From assembly GCF_963921235.1 (NCBI RefSeq), contig NC_086108.1, positions 82,088,001 to 82,152,000 on the forward strand: DNA of 64,000 bases. The letters are read 5' to 3'. Each line of letters opens with the position of its first letter. Within the stretch, counting starts at the first letter, position 1. Source of the DNA: Mobula hypostoma (taxonomy: Eukaryota). The position numbers were made by a program, and so were the translations under genes. Shown here piece after piece: positions 24,608-37,296 of the stretch. The notes beneath the pieces are model-generated. The model did no database searches and had not been told where the DNA came from. It saw nothing but the letters and a program-made list of their open reading frames with translations.

Positions 24608-25032
24608 GGTGCATATATGAGCAGAATGGCGGACTCTTTTCTTAAAAAACAATTGTTTAATTCCTATTTTCAGAACAAATGTCGTAAACTCTTGCCTTTA
24701 AAAATTAGTGATATCAATTACTTAAAATGATTAGCTACCCTTCTGTTCTACTAAAATAAAAATTTAAAAAAAAATCAAAATTGAGGCACTGGGCTACTCA
24801 GCATTGAAGCACAATGTGCAATTTCCAGCAAAATGTGAATGTGACTGAGACACGGGTGCAAGGTTTGATCGAAATACGTAAAATGAGCAGGTAGAATGAG
24901 CATTTTATCCATTACTATGACATTAGAAAATCTTTTTGGAGCTTGAGACTTTCAATTTTTGTTTACATTTATCATACTTTCTCTGCAAATAATAAAAAAT
25001 AATAGATTTTCTCTACTTTCTGAAGTAGCTCA

Positions 25033-25460
25033 AAGTTCAAAGTAAATTTATTATCAAATTATGTTTGTGCCACCATCTGCTACCCTGAGATTCATTTTCT
25101 TGCAGGCATTCACAGTAGAACAAAGAAATACAATAGAATCAGTGAAAAACTACACACAAACAAAGACGGACAAACAAGTAGTGTGTAAAATAAGCCAACC
25201 AGTGCAAATACAAAAATAAATAAATAAATAAATAAACAGTAGAAAGTAATGCTGAGAGCATGAGTTGTATAGTCCTTGAAAGTGAGTCCATAATTCTGTA
25301 ATAGTTCAGAGCTGAGGTGATTAAAGTTATCTATGCTAGTTCAGTAGCCTGCTAGTTGAAGGGTAATAATGTTTCCTGAACCTGGTGGTACGGGACCTAG
25401 GGCTCCTATATCTCCTTCCCAATGGCAGCAGCGAGAAGAGAGCATGGCTTGGATGGTGGC
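25033..25460 (-). mobile_element. Rex1/Babar-type LINE 3' fragment
   Basis: AAAGTTCAAAGTAAATTTATT tail and a reverse-complement LLPLGRRYRSP...FRKH block. Confidence 0.65.
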
Positions 25461-25705
25461 TATTTTATAATTTTAGCATTTATTGGACCTATCATCATTA
25501 TATTGTAAAATAGCATTTTAGTCGCAACTCCTTTGATGGTGATTTCTATTTATCATTCTTTGGTGTCACTAGCAAGGCCAGCATTATTTTTTGCACAGCT
25601 CCAATCATCATCGACAATGTTTGAAAAACAGTGTCTCAAAAATAATGCCTAATCAACTTAATAGAATTTGTTCCTTCTCCGAAACTAGTCTGCTGTTTGT
25701 CCTAC

Positions 25706-26022
25706 CTGTGCCTATAGTTGGCTCTCTGTTCCATGGTATTGGGATATGAGGTTGTTCTATTCCATTGCCTGTATCCACTGGATATTTGCCTATTCAGTTT
25801 TACAGACCATAGGAAGCCAAAAAGAAGCAGGAATCCTCCAATCAAGCAGAACAGAAAAGACAGTAATCTCAGCAGTGGGCTCAAGGAGGTTTGGTCGATG
25901 ATAGTCTCCACTTTTTCAGGACATGTTTTGTTATCACTCCACCAGGCAAAACAAACAGCTGCAGACATGAGAAGAACACCTCCTCCAATTGAGAGTCTAC
26001 TGCGTAGTCGGGTGCACGCCAT
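25706..26022 (-). CDS. TMEM61: TMEM61 first coding exon (two TM helices)
   Basis: VCFAWWSD...SPLLRLLSFLFCLIGGFLLLFGFLWSVK matches human TMEM61 (LCFAWWSE...[28 protein letters not shown]). In-frame TAA directly precedes the ATG. Donor AG|GTAGGA, phase 2. Confidence 0.9.
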
Positions 26023-26829
26023 TTAGTTTGGGTACAAAGTCGGAAGTCCAATTGAAGACATGTGCCGACAAGTCTCTTGTTCAGTTTTTAGAAAAGCCAT
26101 GGCCCAAACCCTGAAGACATCCTTGCAAACAGAGGAAGTGAAACAGAAATGACATCTCTCTTGACAAAGTGATAACAAATAACACAGCAATAATCAGATT
26201 TCATTTTACAAAATGATTAGAAATGATCTTGAAGCACAATAAGATAAAAATGAGGAAATATCACTATAGTTCACATTTAACCCAATTCACTGTGGGTACT
26301 TGTGACATTTTCATTCCTTATTGAAAATCAGTACCTTAACACACAAGATGTGACTTTTGAAAAACTATGTTTTAGTTGCCCAAAATCAGTATCAGGTAAG
26401 CACAGCAAGGATGTACAAATGTTCTATATGTTGAAGAAAGATAATATATCTTACTTAGAAGATAAAATGAAAGTTCTTCTGCAGTAACTACACCCCCATG
26501 ACTACTTGAAACTGAGCTGACATTGCCCAAGATTTGACAGTCAGCGATGGGGCAGCTGCTCTTAATATATGTAAATGACTTGAGCTTGGATAAAGGCCGC
26601 AACATCAAAATCTGCATATGACAAAACAATTGGCAGCAAGATTAACTGTGAAGACATTCATGTGGCTTCAGGAGTATATGGGAAAATAGGGGCATGAGGG
26701 ACAAGACCATTCTACCTTGAACCTGACTCTAAATTGAGATAGATTACAATCTATTCCTCAAGTTAATCTACTCACTTTTTCTAGAAATTTCTGAATAACT
26801 TTACCTCTCAAAATCTATCAGCTGCATCC

Positions 26830-27165
26830 TAGAGTGCACATGGAGAGGACATGGGGATGTCTACGACCAGGCGACAGAGCCTCAAAGTGTCCTTTTAGAA
26901 TAGAGATGAGGAAGAATATCTTTAGCCAGGGGCTGGTGAATCTTTGGAATTCATTGCCACAGAAAGCAGTGGAGGCTAAGTCATTATGTATATTTAAAGT
27001 GGAGGTTGATAGGTTCTTGATTAGTGTCGAGGTTATGGGAGGGAACTTTTGGCAGGAAAATGGGGTCGAAAGGGATAATACGTCAGCCTTGATGGAATGG
27101 CAGAGCAGACTAGATTGGCCAAGTGGCTTAATTCTGCTTCTATGCCTTACGGTTTCATGGTCTTG
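26830..27165 (+). mobile_element. CR1 3' fragment
   Basis: RIEMRKNIFSQGLVNLWNSLPQKAVEA. Confidence 0.8.
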
Positions 27166-27597
27166 ATGGTTCCAGTTCCTCTTGTACCACATTTTAGAGG
27201 ATGGAGGGGCAGAGAGTTCTTGATATTTGTCAAAAGATTTTTTCAGAAATTACTCCTAACAGCCTAGCCCTTCCTTTCAGATTATAACTATAATATTTTA
27301 GAATGTGACACTAGCTGCAAGCTTAAATATTACTTTAAGGTTGATGGATTGTTATCACCTTAAGGAGTATGGTACATGATTAATCACTGCATCACCATTG
27401 TACTATGCTTTCACTGTTGCCATAGCTACAAATCAAAGCTGTGGTAATACTCTCAGCGTGGTAATGAAGAACATGGAGGAAGGCATTCCCATGAATTGTA
27501 TATTTTTCATATTTGTATATTTTGTAAGTTCACCTGAATTGCTGTGGTTTCAAAACCAAAGAAATCTTCAGTATGTGGGACTTACGATGTTCTCGAA

Positions 27598-27950
27598 CCA
27601 GAGAGGATAACTTCATTCAAATTCACTCACCCCATCACTGAACTGTTCCCACAACCTATGGACTCTCTTTCAAGGACTCTTCATCTCATATTCCAGGTAT
27701 TTATTGTTTGTTTATTTATTTATTTATGTATCTACCTATTTAGCTATTTTGTTTATTTATTCTTTTTGTGGTTGCACAGCTGTTGTCTTTTGCACATTAG
27801 TTGTTTGTTCTGCCGAGTGTGGCCTTTCATTGATTCCATTGTCTTTCTCGTATTTAATGTGAGTACTTGCAAGAAAATGAGTCTCAGGATTATATACAGC
27901 GATATAGCATGCACTTTGATAATAACTTTACTCTGAAACTTGAACCTTTG
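27598..27950 (+). mobile_element. Rex1-type LINE 3' UTR remnant
   Basis: AT-rich 3' UTR ending in GATAATAA...TGAAACTTGAACCTTTG, like the tails at 25033 and 55040. Confidence 0.5.
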
Positions 27951-29125
27951 CTATTTTAATGTTCCCTTTGTAAAAACTGTGAAATGTTACTACTGATGAG
28001 GTGGATTCTGTTAATCCTACTGACATAAAAGGAGCATTTGTTGAGAGTGCACATATAAAACACCATACTCGCCATTGTGGAAATATTGACATTCCTCGAC
28101 GAATATTTCTAGGAAGCAGGAAACTGTCAATGGTAACAATCTCATTGAGAGTAAGAATGGATAGTTGGAGCTGGGGAAGGGGAGATTCTGGCACTAGTGT
28201 GTAAACATGGGATTGATTAAGATTCTAACAAATATTTAGGACAAGAGGAAATGTTTTAATGGAAAAATTCAATATGAAATTGGGAAGAAGAAATGAGTGA
28301 AAATTGTAAAGATTATGAAACAATTACAAATGTTTGTATATAAGACATAGAAGAATTCTTGAGGTAAATGGCACGGCCTTGCCCAAAGTCATTGTTAAGA
28401 GCATGTTATCAGTGTAAACTAGAGCTATATTGTTATATTAAATATGGGACAGTTTCCTTTTGTGTAAAACACAATGGCAAAAGGAAATTGAATGTGAAAG
28501 CTGGTGCCATACAGGATTTACACGCATCTTTTACTTTTCATTTCAGCTGTAGATTTTTCCACAGCACCTGGGCATTAATCATAGCAAAAGAAGCTCTCAT
28601 GTCCTAATACAGGAGATATGGGATATTTTAAATATCATCCCTCTAAAGTTGTACTGAAAATTCAGTAATTGAAAATTCAAGATTTCCTTGATGAAGTTAA
28701 CCACTAGGAAGTAATGCAAGTTAAAATGCAAGTAGTTCCTTTTGAATTTTGAATGGAGGCTTCATTCTGGTGGCCGCATCGTGTTGCATTTATGTGTGAC
28801 GTATCGTGAAGTTAGAGGATATCCTATAAATTTGCACCTACTTGCTTATTTAAATAAGAATCTCAGCCATTCTTTTGTACACAAGCATGAGTGGAAGATC
28901 AGACAAGGATCCCAAGGTCATTGGCATTCTTTCAAGATAGTTATGTAACAAAAATGGCAAGAATTCCAAAACAAAGTTCCACTTGAATTTTTAGTTCCTG
29001 AAATTTGTAGTGCAAAACATGTCAGGAAAACGAATGGAGGCAAAAATTATAATTGCTCCCAGCCTGATCTTCATACAGTACTATTATTATTTGACATAGT
29101 GAGTCCAATCCTTTCCCCAGGAAAG

Positions 29126-29364
29126 ATGATGATGATGATGACGACGACGACTCAGGCCTGAGAGACCAGCATCGGGCATTTTCATGCCTCACAAAGCGCG
29201 GATCGGAAGGCTGTGTGGGGCACCACTGCTCGCACTGACATTTCACAGTATTTTTCTTTATTTTATGAGGTCAAGTTGCGAGCTCAACACTCAACCTGGC
29301 ACGACTGGATTCGAACCCGGGAACTTCCGTTCCGGAGTCCGGTGCTGATGTCACTGCGCCACCA
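29126..29364 (-). mobile_element. Young tRNA-headed SINE (family D) with intact Pol III boxes
   Basis: Minus strand GGTGGCGCAGTG (A box) ... GGGTTCGAATCC (B box), (TCG)n(TCA)n tail and perfect 10-bp TSD CCCAGGAAAG at 29116-29125 and 29365-29374. Confidence 0.88.
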
Positions 29365-29554
29365 CCCAGGAAAGGGGAGCTGAAAACAAGAGGGCATAGG
29401 TTTAGGGAGATAAAGGTTTTTGAAAAATGGGATTCAAGGTGAATTGCAGGTTTGGACTCGGAACTGGCTTGCCCATAGAAGACGGATAGCAGGGGTAGAA
29501 GGAGGTTATTCTGGCTTTATGTCCATCACTGCAAGGATTGGTGCAGGGGCTTCT

Positions 29555-30025
29555 GTTTAAGTTCAAGTTCAAGATGAAGTTTGTCATTCAACCATATACG
29601 TGTATACCACCAAATGAAACAATGTTCCTCCAGACCAAAGTGCACAACACAGGCCATATAAGTTGTATACAACTCATAAAGTAATATTTCCACCACTAAA
29701 TTAACAGATATTAAAATATATTCCAGGAGATTAAGATTTAGCGTAATGTGCATTTTCTTCACAAGTTAAAAAGTAAACAGTGTAATATGACTGGGGCTTC
29801 ATACATGATGAGATCTGGGTGGTGGCAGGAAGTTCATAGTTTCACTGCTTGGGGAAAGAAGCTGTTTCCCATCCTATCAGTCCTTGTCCTAATGTCATGG
29901 TACCTCCTGCCTGATGATAGGGGGTCAAGAGATTGTGGGATGGATGGGAGAGATCATTAATAATGCGAAGGGCCCTGCGTATGCAGCACTTCTGATAAAT
30001 ATCTTAGGTGGGTGGAAGTGAATTG
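29555..30025 (-). mobile_element. Rex1/Babar LINE 3' fragment
   Basis: (AAGTTC)n tail and a reverse-complement LSSGRRY...RMGNSFFPQAV block. Confidence 0.6.
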
Positions 30026-30229
30026 TTTGAGATATATATAGATATAGATATATAGATATAGATATATATATCAATGATTTGAATTAAAATATTGATGGGT
30101 GGATTAACAAGTTTGTGGATGACACCAAGATTGATATAGTTGTGGACAGTGTAAAGGACTGTCAAAGAATACAGTGAGATATAGATCACTTACAGATACG
30201 GGTAGAGAAGTGGCAGATAGAGTTTAATG

Positions 30230-31435
30230 AGAATCAGAATCAGGTTTATTATCACCGGCATGTGTCATGAAACTTTTTAACTTAGCAGCAGCAGTTCAAT
30301 GCAATAAATGATAATATGATAATATAGAAAGAAAATAAAATAAATATATCAATTATAGTAAGTACATATGTGTATATTAAATAGTTAGATTAAATATAGT
30401 GCAAAATAGAAATTATATATAAACTGAAGTAGTGTTCATGGGTTCAATGTCCATTTAGGAATCGTATGGCAGAGGGGAAGAAGCTGTTCCTGAATCACTG
30501 AGTGTGTGCCTTCAGGCTTCTGTACCTCCTTTCTGACAGGAACAATGAGAAGAGGGCATGTTCTGGGTGATGGGGGTCCTTAATAATCGATGCCACCTTT
30601 CTGAGGCACCGATTCTTGAGGATGCCTTGCTACTAGGCAGGCTGGTACCCAAGATGGAGCTGACTAATTTTACAACTTTCTGTAACCCTCACCACATACC
30701 AGACAGTGATATAGCCTGTCGGAATGCTCTCCATGGTATGTAAATACAAGTTTATGAGTATTTTAGGTGACAAACCAAATCTTTTCAAACTCCTAACAAT
30801 ACATAGCTGCTGTCTTGGCTTCTGTATAGTTGCATGGATATGTTGGGACCAAGTTAAATCCTCAGAGACCTTCACATCCAGGAACTTGAAATTGCTCACT
30901 CTCTCCACTTCTGATCCCTCTGAGGATTGGTTTGTGTTCCCTCATCTCACCCTTTCTGAAGTCCACAATCAGCTCTTTCATCTTACTGACATTGAGTGCA
31001 ATGTTGTTGCTACAACACCACTCAACAAGCTGATCTATCTCACTCCCGTATGCCCTCTCATTTTCATCTGAGATACTACCAACAATGGTTGTATCACAGG
31101 CAAATTTATAGATGTCATTTAAGCTGTACCAGGCTACACAGTCAGTGTGCTAAGCACACACTCCTGAGGTATGCCAATGTTGATTGTCAGTGAGGAGGAG
31201 ATATTAACACATCCACACAGATTGTGGTCTTCCGGTTAGGAAGTCAAGCATCCAATTGCAGAGGGAGGTACAGAGGTCCAGGTTCGATCAGAACTGTGGG
31301 AATGATGGTGTTAAATGCTGAGCTATAGTCAATAAACAGCATCTTGACATAGGTGTTTGTATTGTCCAGTGATCTAAGGCTGTGTGAAGTGGCATTGAGA
31401 TTGCATCTGCTGTAGACCTATTGTGGCGATAGGCA
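30230..31435 (-). mobile_element. Rex1/Babar LINE fragment (RT C-terminal half)
   Basis: MERVSNFKFLDVKVSEDLTWSQH...LKRFGLSP and a GAATCAGAATCAGGTTTATT tail. Flanked by collinear CR1 RT pieces (30065-30228, 31436-31585). Confidence 0.8.
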
Positions 31436-33389
31436 GTCTGGGCAAGTTGGGAAGTTAAATAAAGGCAGAAAGTACACGGTTAATGGTGGGCCACTTAATA
31501 GCACTGAAGGTCAGAGGGATCTTGGTGATGAAGTTCATAATTCACTGAAAGTGGCTATACAAGTGGATAAAGTGACAAAGAAGTAATGAGATAGATAGAT
31601 AGAAAGATACTTTATATTGATCCCAAAGGAAATAATAGTGTCTCTGTAGCATTACGAGTGCCATATTAGAAAAGAAGTAGAAGAAAAAATATAAGTTACC
31701 ACAATCTAACAGGAAGGGGGTCATCATTTCCCTGGCTATAGGTTGACTCATTATAGAGCCTAATGGCCAAGGGTAAGAATGATCTCATATAGCATTGTTT
31801 GGAGCAGCACAGTTGTCTTAATCTATTACTAAAAGTACTCCTCTGTTCAGCCAAAGTGGCATGCAGAGGGTGAGAAACAGTGTTCAGATTTGCCACGATT
31901 TTACGTAGGGTCCTTTGTTCTACCACAGTCTTCACTGTGTCCAGTTTCACTCCTATAACAGAGCCAGCTTTTGTAATCAGTTTATTGAGCCTGTTGGCAT
32001 CATCCCTGTTGATGCCATTGCCCCAGCACGCCGCCACATAGAAGGTTGTACTGGTGACAACAGACTGGTAGAAGATGTGAAGGAGAGGCCTGCATACTCC
32101 AAAGGATCTCAGTCTCCTCAGGAAGTAGAGACCACACTGGCCCTTCTTGTACACAGCCTCTGTGTTGGTCCTCCACTCGAGTCTGTCATCCAGGTGCACT
32201 CTCAGTTATTTGTAGGTCCTCACCGCATCCACATCCTCACCATCAATAGTAACAGGGAGCAGTGCAGGTTTAGTCTTCCTAAAGTCCATCACCATCTCTT
32301 TTGTCTTACTGATGTTGAGCCACAGATGATTCAGCTTGCACCATTTGACAACGTCTTCCACCAGGGCCTTGTATTCATGCTCCCATCCTCCCTTTACATA
32401 CCCAACTATTGCTGAGTCATCAGAGAATTTCTGCGGATGACATGGCTCAGTGTTGTATCTAAATTCTGAGGTATATAGATTAAACAGGAAGGGAAGCAAT
32501 ACAGTCTCCTGTGGGGCCCCAGTGTTGTTTGTAGCCATATCTGGCACACAGCTCTGAAGCTGCACAAACTGTGGTCTGCCAGTCAGGTAGTCCATTATCC
32601 AGGACACAGTAGAAGTGCCAATCTGCTTTGAATGGAGCTTTTCTCTCAGCAATGAGGGCTGTATGGTACTGAAAGCACATGATAAATCAAAAACATGATT
32701 CTCACAGTGCTGCCCTGCTTATCCACGCTGCTCAGCAGGTAAATGACAATATCATTGACTCCAATATGCTCCTAGTGGGCAAGCTGTGGGGGATTGAGGG
32801 CTGATCAGACCAGGGGTTGGAGGGGAGCCAGCACCAGCCTCTCTAGGGTCTTCAATGATGTGTGGTCAGGGCCACTGGACGGTGGCCATTCAAGACTTTC
32901 AGTTGGCCCTTCTTGGGTACTGGGACCAGACATGGTGTTTTCCATACAGTCAGGACACTTTCCAGGCTGAGACTCAGACTGAACTGCACTGGAGAACTCC
33001 ACACAGCTGCTCAGCACACTCCTTCAGGACCTTGGGGTTCACACCATCCAGTCCCAATGCTTTGCCATGTCTGAGTTTCCCCAGAGCCCTTCTCACCTGC
33101 TCAGTAGTGAAGGTGAGTCCATGATGACTGGGGAGTTGATGGTGGGGGCTGGGGGAGGTGAAGTTCAGGACAATAGTAGTCAGTATGTGGAGGTTTGGAT
33201 GGTAGGTGGTGGGCAAGGAAGGGATGTAGACAGTGGTAGCCTGCGTTGTTCATCCATGTGTTGAACTGGAGGGGTAAGGAGGGAGAAGGGAGGCATTGGG
33301 TGCCTCAGCACCTGGACTGGTTTGCTGAGGGGGCTGTGAACAAGAGGGCAATTGTCAAACCTATTGGAGAATAGGTTTACAACCAATTC

Positions 33390-34900
33390 TGGTATCTGTC
33401 ACAATCTATGTTCCGTACCTATTCTGGTATCTGTCCCCCACTTTTCCTTCACTACATCAACGACTGCATTGGCGCTGCTTCCTGCACGCATGCTGAGCTC
33501 GTTGACTTTATTAACTTTGCCTCCAACTTTCACCCTGCCCTCAAGTTTACCTGGTCCATTTCCGACACCTCCCTCCCCTTTCTAGATCTTTCTGTCTCTA
33601 TCTCTAGAGACAGCTTATCCACTGATGTCTACTATAATCCTACTGACTCTCACAGCTATCTGGGCTATTCCTCTTCTCACCCTGTCTCTTGCAAAAATGC
33701 CATCCACTTCTCGCAATTCCTCCGTCTCCGCCGCATCTGCTCTCAGGATGAGGCTTTTCATTCTAGGACGAGGGAGATGTCTTCCTTTTTTAAAGAAAGG
33801 GGCTTCCCTTCCTCCACCATCAACTCTGCTCTCAAATGCATCTTCCCCATTTTACGCATATCTGCTCTCACTCCATCCTCCCGCCACCCCACTGGGAATA
33901 GGGTTCCCCTGGTCCTCACCTACCAACCCACCAGCCTCCGGGTCCAACATATTATTCTCCGTAAATTCCGCCACCTCCAATGGGATCCCACCACTAAGCA
34001 CATCTTTCCCTCCCCCCCTCTGCTTTCCGCAGGGATTGCTCCCTATGCAACTTCCTTGTCCATTCGTCCCCCCCATCCCTCCCCACTGATCTTCCTCCTG
34101 GCACTTATCCTTGTAAGTGGAACAAGTGCTACACATGCCCTTACACTTCCTCCCTTACCACCATTCAGGGCCCCAGACAGTCCTTCCAGGTGAGGCGACA
34201 CTTCACCTGTGAGTCGGCTGGGGTGATATACTGTGTCCGGTGCTCCCGATGTGGCCTTCTATATATTGGCGAGACCCGACGCAGACTGGGAGACCGCTTT
34301 GCTGAACATCTACACTCTGTCCACCAGAGAAAGCAGGATCTCGCAGTGGTCACACATTTTAATTCCACATCCCATTCCCATTCTGACATGTCTATCCACG
34401 GCCTCCTCTACTGTAAAGATGAAGCCACACTCAGGTTGGAGGAACAACACCTTATATTCCGTCTGGGTAGCCTCCAACCTGATGGCATGAACATTGATTT
34501 CTCTAACTTCCGCTAATGCCCCACCTCCCTCTCGTACCCCATCCGTTATTTTTTTTATACACACATTCTTTCTCTCACTGTCCTTTTTCTCCCTCTGTCC
34601 CTCTGACTGTACCCCTTGCCCATCCTCTGGGTTCCCCCCCACCCGTCTTTCTCCCCGGACCTCCTGTCCCATGATCCTCTCGTATCCCTTTTGCCTATCA
34701 CCTGTCCAGCTCTTGGCTCCATCCCTCCCCCTCCTGTCTTCTCCTATCATTTTGGATCTCCCCCTCCAACTTTCAAATCCCTTACTCACTCTTCCTTCAG
34801 TTAGTCCTGACGAAGGGTCTCGGCCTGAAATGTTGACTGTACCTCTTCCTAGAGATGCTGCTTGGCCTGCTGCATTCACCAGCAACTTTGATGTGTGTTG
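33390..34900 (+). mobile_element. Penelope-like retroelement, 5'-truncated (RT C-terminus, GIY-YIG endonuclease, pLTR)
   Basis: LHYINDC...FASNFHPALKFT...LPFLDL...SQFLRLRRICS (PLE RT/thumb). FTCESAGVIYCVRCSRCGLLYIGETRRRLGDRFAEH...LGSLQPDGMN (GIY-YIG). Pyrimidine-rich 3' region, then terminal repeat. Confidence 0.93.
34803..34838 (+). ncRNA. Minimal type I hammerhead ribozyme motif in the Penelope pLTR (CpG-decayed)
   Basis: AGTC-CTGACGA-AGGGTCTCGGCCT-GAAA-TGTT-GACT: stem I AGTC/GACT, CUGANGA and GAAA core boxes, short stem II. Minimal hammerheads in PLE terminal repeats are established. Confidence 0.7.
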
Positions 34901-35735
34901 GTTAGAGAATTGGTTTAACTCATTAGCCCATTCACGGCTGCATTCCAAGGCTCTACAGCTAGGCTGATGGAAGCCAGTGATGTTCTTTATGTTTCTCCAC
35001 AGCTTTCACCATGTGCTACTCTGCCCAAGCTTGTCCCCTAGCCCTCTCCTGAATTCCTCTTTCGCCACCTTGATCTTCTCCTTTAGCTCCCTCTGCACAT
35101 GTTTCAATTCCTCCCTGTGGTTGAGAAGAGCCTTTAGATCACTGGTGACCCGTGGTTTGTTGTTAGGGAAGCAGCGAACAGTCCTTGATGGTATTACAGT
35201 GTCCACTGTAGATTGTCCTGGTCTAGCATGTTCTTCCACTCAATGAACACTGGAGGGCAGCAGTGATGGGATAGCCAGTGCCCAACCCAGCACCATTCCA
35301 GTGCACCCAGCAGAGGCCTAGTCTTTACCACAACCGTAGCAAAGCAGCTGTTGGTGTCACTAGTGAATCGGACTTGCAATATTCTATGTTACCAACATCT
35401 AACAGGATCTTGGGATCCCAATAGAAACGTCTAAGACAAACACTTACTCCGTTTGTTTGATCACGCACTCTCTCTGCACAATGGTTTGCAAAAAGTCCAG
35501 GCAACTCCATTGATATCAAACAACTCACCAATGGGATATTCCTACAGCATTTGATGTTTTTAGTATCCAGCACTGGCTTGCAGTCATGAAAAAGACATAC
35601 AAATACATCTTTGCTTGGACCCAGAGATAAAGGGCAAGTTTGCTTTTTACGGAGGGTGGTGGGTGTCAGGTATGAGTTACCGGGGATGGGAGTGGAATTG
35701 AGTAGTTTGGTGGCATTTAAGAGGCTTTTGGGTAG

Positions 35736-36665
35736 TGTGATGGGGTCCTAAATTACCCCTATGAACTGTGCTCGATTATCCCTGTGAACTGTGTTTTTGA
35801 AAAGAGAGAGAGAGAGAGGTATCTAACACCGACATCTGGTTTTGAAAAGAGAGAGAGAGACAAAGACTTACTGTTGGATTTCTGCTGAGTTGGAGAGAGC
35901 GAGCACCAAGCAGCTCATAAGTCGCTATGGTGACTGGGGGTGGGGTTATTTGATGGACAATCGAGGTTATGGTTTCTCTGGAGGTTGTTTATACTTTCTC
36001 CAAGGACATTGCCTGCTTGTACTTTTTTACACAGACAAAGAAAGGAGGAGTTATTTGAGAGACAGTTGGTACTCAGTACGGTGAGATAAATAGGAGGTCA
36101 GATGATAGACCTGCGGCACGTTTTTGGACACTGAATGAGCTTCGTAGTGCCCACAGAAAAAGTGGGTTTTTGGAGGATCGATCAGTGGCTCTTGCAGTGA
36201 GAAAAGGGATTGACCAATGGGGAGTTGTCCATGTGTCCAACCCTTGCCTGGGTCCATAGCTCCACCACAGAAAAACGGTCCTCTTTGTTGTGGTCACAGT
36301 CGGTGACTTTTAAAGGATATCGGAGGACAACAGGAATATCGACAGCTTCAGCTCAACTGAAGACTCAAATCTCTCCCTCTCTCTCCATCACTACTCAACT
36401 CAATACCACGAACTGAACTGAACTTTACTCATTGTCGTAAGACTATCTCTTTACCCCTAGACTTAAAGAAGCTTGATTTTCATGTTTTTCCACACTTACC
36501 GATATACTTATTTACATATAATCATTGCTAACCGGTTTGATTTATCTACATTTATATTACTCTATTGCGTAGTTACTAATAAATATTATTAGTTAATAGC
36601 AATACTGGACTCCAAAGTGTTTTCTATTTCTGCTGGTTCGTTAACCCGTCACGGGGTACGTGACA
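35736..36665 (+). mobile_element. Solo LTR (930 bp), probably Gypsy
   Basis: TGTGATG...CGTGACA termini. 4-bp flanks GTAG/ATAG interrupt a collinear CR1 3' end. AATAAA at ~36578. No internal ORFs. Confidence 0.75.
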
Positions 36666-37296
36666 ATAGAAACATGAATATGAAAGGAATGGAGAAATAC
36701 AGAGGATACACAGAAAGAAGATATTTAGGAGAAGTTGGCATCATGATTGGCACAAGATTGTGGGCTAAGTGGTCTGAACAGGGCTGTTCTGTTCAATGAA
36801 GTGTCTCCACCCTATACACCGTCTGTTCCTCCATTGCTTACTGCCTGACTCACTGTGTTTATCCAGATTTCCAACATCTGCAGTCTCTCTCGTCTGTTTG
36901 TGTTTAAGGGACCAGAGGGGCAAATTTCTTCACACAGAAGATGGTGCACGAGCTGTTTGAGAACGTGCTTGAAGTTGGTATAAGTAACATCAGTCAAAAG
37001 ACCTTTGCATAAGGACATAGTTAAGAGTGGGTTTACAGGGATTTGGGCCAAATGTGGGCATATGGGGACTAGTTTGGTTGGGCACTACCGTCACATAGGC
37101 GAGTTGAGCTCAAGTGCCTGGTTCCAGGTGACTAATGCTTCCACGAATCTGAATGTTTAGTCTCAAAAAGTTATCATTTGACATGGTACTTGTTCAAACC
37201 TTTTCAAGTATATTGAAATCTAAACATGTTTCAAATCTGAAACTTTTAGGCAAGGATTGCTAATCAAAGTTACCTTTTTAAAATTACAGGATGACC

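Larger units (their letters stand above)
31586..35330 (-). mobile_element. Rex1/Babar LINE (second subfamily), interrupted by a Penelope element
   Basis: GAPQETVLLPFLF...QKFSDDSAIVG...LNISKTKEMVMDFRK (32206-32652) and YFLRRLRSFGV (31696-32199). The upstream part VIPSRTVRCFPNNKP is at 35006-35239. (GATA)n tail. Confidence 0.85.

Noticed and set aside
25718-26026. 102-aa plus-strand ORF
   Set aside because: Antisense shadow of the TMEM61 exon.
29290-29364. tRNA gene
   Set aside because: The A/B boxes belong to a SINE head with body, tail and TSD; no complete cloverleaf was evident. The same applies to the heads at 3997, 57185 and 58552.
34310-34967. Overlapping 212-aa and 157-aa ORFs
   Set aside because: Low-complexity purine/pyrimidine-biased Penelope 3' region, also seen at 62623-63177.
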